Shown here: piece after piece, positions 16,891 through 20,000 of the stretch
Layout: each line of letters begins with the position of its first letter
Position numbering within the stretch: the first letter of the stretch is position 1
DNA from: an uncultured virus (IMG/VR IMGVR_UViG_3300020404_001964)
Taxonomy: Duplodnaviria; Heunggongvirae; Uroviricota; Caudoviricetes
IMG/VR virus record: IMGVR_UViG_3300020404_001964
Coordinates: 114,281-134,280 of that record
Length of the DNA: 20,000 nucleotides
Strand: one strand, 5' to 3'
Notes under the pieces: model-generated
What the model was told of the DNA's origin: nothing
What the model saw: the letters and a program-made list of their open reading frames with translations, nothing else
The model's database searches: none
Position numbers and translations under genes: made by a program

Positions 16891-18259
16891 TGCACAGAAC
16901 AAAAAACACAATATAGTCTTTATTCTTGAAAGTAATTTTCACGCAATAAAAAATAATTCTGCTAAAGAATTAATACAAAATATTGCTGAATATCAGATTG
17001 GGAATTTAAACACTATGGGATATGATGTTTTAGTATCTATATCTGAAGATACAACATTGAGTAAGATAGCAGACAAATATGATTATGCTGTTGTGTTTAC
17101 TCCTGATACAGAGTTTCAAGGTGAATCATTCTTTAAACATCTACAGAAATTAATTAAAGAAGACTTTTATATAGCAGGACACATACTTGATAGGAAAGAG
17201 GGTTATTATGAACTGCATGAACAATGCTATGTAATTAATCTTAAAAAGCATAAAGAATATGAATTACCTGAAATAGGTGAATTAAAAAGAAATTCAGAAC
17301 ATTTTACAACTGAACCAATAAGAAGTGATGAAAACTTTCACGATGATTATACACCACTATGGGTTAAGCCAGGAAATGAAAGCAAAACATATAAACACAA
17401 ATGGCATGGATGGAATATTATCAGAGTTGCTTTAGACAACAAAGAAAAAATAATAGTGTTTGATGAAGATTTAAGAATTAGTAAAAAATGTTATTATGCT
17501 GTACATGAAACAGACTTTAATGAAAACAGCAAACAAATTTTTAAAAAATACAATCAAAGTGCTAATAGATTGTTTTATCCAATTAACACAGAAGAACTTC
17601 AGTCTGTACAAACAGGAATTTTAAAACAATTAATCACACCTGCTAGTGGCTTCAATTGGTTAAAGTATTTAGATAAACATGGATATGACCAAGAAACTGA
17701 AGTTGTATTTTATGATTACAATCCTAATGCTTTATATTATATGGAGCAAACAATTAAAGAATTTGATGGCGGTGATTATCACAAGTTTTTAAAAACAAAA
17801 AATAGACATAAAACACCAGACTGGTTAAATTCTAAATTAGAAATTGCTGAATACTTTGAAACTGTAAGCAGGTTATGGCACATTAAAGATAAGGTAAAAT
17901 TTAAATTTGTAGAGTGTGATCTGTTAAATGAATTTACTATCAAGCCTATAAACGATAGAAATGTTGTATTCAACATTAGTAATATTTTCGCATATGAGCC
18001 AACTGTGCCTTTTGTTCCAACAAAACAAAGAGTGTTTAAACAAAATCAATTGCTTAAACTACTTAAAGAAAAATATAACAAAATTCAATTAATTGTATCA
18101 CAACACGCCTGGACTGGATTTGTAAACTATGACATAGACGCAGGTCCTGTAAAAGACTTTTATGAAGTTGATATTGAAACATTAAAAGCACCAATGTGGC
18201 GTTTTGGTAAAGAGTGGAGAAATCCTAAAGACCCATGGGAGGAAGATGAAGAAGAATAA
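16874..18259 (+). CDS. Hypothetical protein, probably a two-domain enzyme (461 aa)
   Basis: Long ORF overlapping both neighbours, with an AGGAG Shine-Dalgarno. The N-half has IAGHILD...YYELHEQCYVINL. The C-half has Rossmann-like VVFYDYNPNAL...FVECDLL...FNISNIF. Confidence 0.6.
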   Translation: MAFQYDAQNKKHNIVFILESNFHAIKNNSAKELIQNIAEYQIGNLNTMGYDVLVSISEDTTLSKIADKYDYAVVFTPDTEFQGESFFKHLQKLIKEDFYIAGHILDRKEGYYELHEQCYVINLKKHKEYELPEIGELKRNSEHFTTEPIRSDENFHDDYTPLWVKPGNESKTYKHKWHGWNIIRVALDNKEKIIVFDEDLRISKKCYYAVHETDFNENSKQIFKKYNQSANRLFYPINTEELQSVQTGILKQLITPASGFNWLKYLDKHGYDQETEVVFYDYNPNALYYMEQTIKEFDGGDYHKFLKTKNRHKTPDWLNSKLEIAEYFETVSRLWHIKDKVKFKFVECDLLNEFTIKPINDRNVVFNISNIFAYEPTVPFVPTKQRVFKQNQLLKLLKEKYNKIQLIVSQHAWTGFVNYDIDAGPVKDFYEVDIETLKAPMWRFGKEWRNPKDPWEEDEEE

Positions 18260-19520
18260 AAGCAGTTGTACTTTTTGTATGCATCCTTTTACAGGGTTGG
18301 CTACTAGAGAAGATGGAGCAATAAAAGTATGTTGCCGTAGTCTTCCTATTGCTAATATAAAAGATATGAGTTTGGAAGAAGCATGGAACTCAGATGCTAT
18401 GAAAGAAGTAAGACGGCAAGTATTAAATGACGAAAGACCTGATGTGTGTCAACCTTGTTTTGATTTAGAAGATCAAGGAGTACAAAGTCTAAGACAAAGA
18501 CACATCACAGATTCTTCACCAGAATCAAGAAGCAATTTGTATCCAAATGCGTTGGATAGTTTACAAAACGATTACACAATGCCTTTTGAATTACCCACAA
18601 TGGAGATTAAAATAAACAATCTTTGTAATCTTAAATGTAGAATGTGTAACCCTTTAGACAGTACACAATGGAAAGATTGGGGCAGTATTGTATCTCACTA
18701 TGAAAAAGAAGGCAATTATCTTGTAGACGCAGTAAAAGGTCTAGGATTAGAAAGAGCACCATATGTAGGTTTGTTTGAAGACAAAATGCATTTCTGGGAA
18801 AACTTAGAAAAACTTTTACCTTATTTCAGACGTGTTGAATTCGCAGGAGGAGAACCACTTATGGATCCTTCACACTATAAAATTTTAGATTTACTTTCTA
18901 AAAACGGTAAAAATATAGAAATAAAATATGCTACAAACGGCACAACACTAGGTATAAAAGGTGGCAGAACAGTTCATGAGTATTGGCCCAAGTTTAAAAG
19001 TGTTGCTGTGAATGTAAGTATAGATGGTTTACACGACACATATGAATATATCAGAGGTAATGGCAAGTTTTCTGAAGTTGAATACAACATAAAAGAAATG
19101 AAAAAGATACCAACAGTAAGTCGTATTGTAGGAGCATTCACAGTACAAGCCAACAACATATTACAAATAGACAAAGTAATTGATTACTTTCTAAAGGATA
19201 TGCAGATTGTATTTTACAGTCATAGAGTAAATTATCCAAGAGCCTTATCGGCACAAGTTTTACCTGAAGATTTGAAACAAGCAGTGGTTGTAAAATTAGA
19301 AGCAATGAAAAGTAAGGTTAAGGATTATGAAATTGTTAAAAAACATCCTGTGCTAGAAAAGATTACACTTCAACAAATTCAAGATAACATTAATTTTTTA
19401 CAAGCAAGAGATCTACATGAACATTGGAACGATTGTATAGATTTTAATAGAAAACTTGATATGTCAAGAAACCAAGGACCATTCGAAAAAATTAATCCGG
19501 AGTTTGCTGATTATGTTTAG
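18246..19520 (+). CDS. Radical SAM protein with N-terminal SPASM/twitch-like domain
   Basis: N-terminal FCMHPF...DGAIKVCC...SLEEAWNS...CQPC. Core motif CNLKCRMC, then FAGGEPLM, YATNGT and VSIDG. ATG 18246 (GGAGG just upstream) is preferred over TTG 18204. Confidence 0.85.
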   Translation: MKKNKSSCTFCMHPFTGLATREDGAIKVCCRSLPIANIKDMSLEEAWNSDAMKEVRRQVLNDERPDVCQPCFDLEDQGVQSLRQRHITDSSPESRSNLYPNALDSLQNDYTMPFELPTMEIKINNLCNLKCRMCNPLDSTQWKDWGSIVSHYEKEGNYLVDAVKGLGLERAPYVGLFEDKMHFWENLEKLLPYFRRVEFAGGEPLMDPSHYKILDLLSKNGKNIEIKYATNGTTLGIKGGRTVHEYWPKFKSVAVNVSIDGLHDTYEYIRGNGKFSEVEYNIKEMKKIPTVSRIVGAFTVQANNILQIDKVIDYFLKDMQIVFYSHRVNYPRALSAQVLPEDLKQAVVVKLEAMKSKVKDYEIVKKHPVLEKITLQQIQDNINFLQARDLHEHWNDCIDFNRKLDMSRNQGPFEKINPEFADYV

Positions 19521-20000
19521 AGTTGAACATCTATACAAACACGTACAAGAAAGTGTAAAAGTAGAATGGAATCTTGGCAAAAGATGTAATTATGATTGCT
19601 CTTACTGTCCTGCAGAAATACATGACAATACCAGTAAACACACAGATATTAAAATTTTAAAAAATGCTGTTGATTCTTTAGTGGCATCAGTGCCAGATTT
19701 AAGAACCAAAGTCAGAATTAGTTTTACTGGAGGTGAACCTTGTGTACATCCAAAATTTTTACAACTGTTAGAATACGCAAGACCAAAAGTAAGTTGGCTT
19801 AATGTTACAACAAATGGAACAAGAACTGGCAAATATTATACACATCTATTAGACAATTTGGTAGACCATTTGGTATTCAGTTTACACTTTGAATACGATT
19901 ACCAAAAGGTGTTGAATTCAATTTTAAGGGCCGCACAAGGGTCGAAAAACAAAAATATACTTGTACACGTAATGATGCTTCCAGGACGTTTATACGACGT
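19513..20000 (+). CDS. Radical SAM protein, N-terminal part (3'-truncated by the window; not in the ORF track)
   Basis: Manual translation from ATG 19513 gives MFRVEHLYKHVQESVKVEWNLGKRCNYDCSYCPAEIHD...RISFTGGEPCVHP...VTTNGTR...FSLHFE..., open to the window end. GGAG lies at 19499-19502. Confidence 0.9.
   Translation, partial: MFRVEHLYKHVQESVKVEWNLGKRCNYDCSYCPAEIHDNTSKHTDIKILKNAVDSLVASVPDLRTKVRISFTGGEPCVHPKFLQLLEYARPKVSWLNVTTNGTRTGKYYTHLLDNLVDHLVFSLHFEYDYQKVLNSILRAAQGSKNKNILVHVMMLPGRLYD

Noticed and set aside
18204..18245. ORF-track start at TTG 18204
   Set aside because: It would give a long overlap. ATG 18246 is preceded by GGAGG and begins just before the Cys domain.
166..19832. Numerous 60-134 aa minus-strand ORFs
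   Set aside because: All lie antisense to long, motif-bearing plus-strand genes and show no recognisable motifs. They are the expected shadow ORFs of biased codon usage.
8793..20000. Apparent drop in GC after 8.8 kb as evidence of horizontal acquisition
   Set aside because: This was judged only by eye. It can be explained by Gly/Ala/Thr-rich fibres versus Lys/Ile/Phe/Asn-rich enzymes, and GC3 would need to be computed.
1..20000. CRISPR arrays, tRNA/rRNA genes, introns/inteins, transposases, DGR or invertase cassettes, stop-codon recoding
   Set aside because: No intergenic gap exceeds about 50 nt, and no spaced repeats, RT, recombinase or intein motifs were seen. Genes are intact under the standard code and end in TAA, TAG and TGA.

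Overview
This AT-rich window has all credible genes on the + strand and is best read as part of a large tailed dsDNA phage genome (inferred from gene content; the host is unknown). The left part (1-8792) is a virion module. It contains a 5'-truncated repeat-containing structural protein, a 203-aa conserved-looking protein, three paralogous baseplate/tail-fibre proteins with a shared N-terminal module and different C-termini, and a 289-aa putative structural protein. Three of these genes are preceded by ATAAATA, which resembles the T4 late promoter. At 8801-8829 a near-consensus sigma70 promoter (TTGACT-N17-TATAAT) opens a gap-free run of at least 14 abutting or overlapping genes (8842->20000). 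This run encodes two tandem pairs of DxD glycosyltransferase-like proteins, four radical SAM enzymes (the last is truncated and absent from the ORF track), a SAM methyltransferase-like protein, a bacterial-type alternative oxidase (AOX, not PTOX), an Asp/Asn beta-hydroxylase-like 2OG-Fe(II) oxygenase and three unknown proteins. The strongest candidates for new biology are this modification operon and the AOX embedded in it. All functional calls come from motif recognition by eye; no searches were run.
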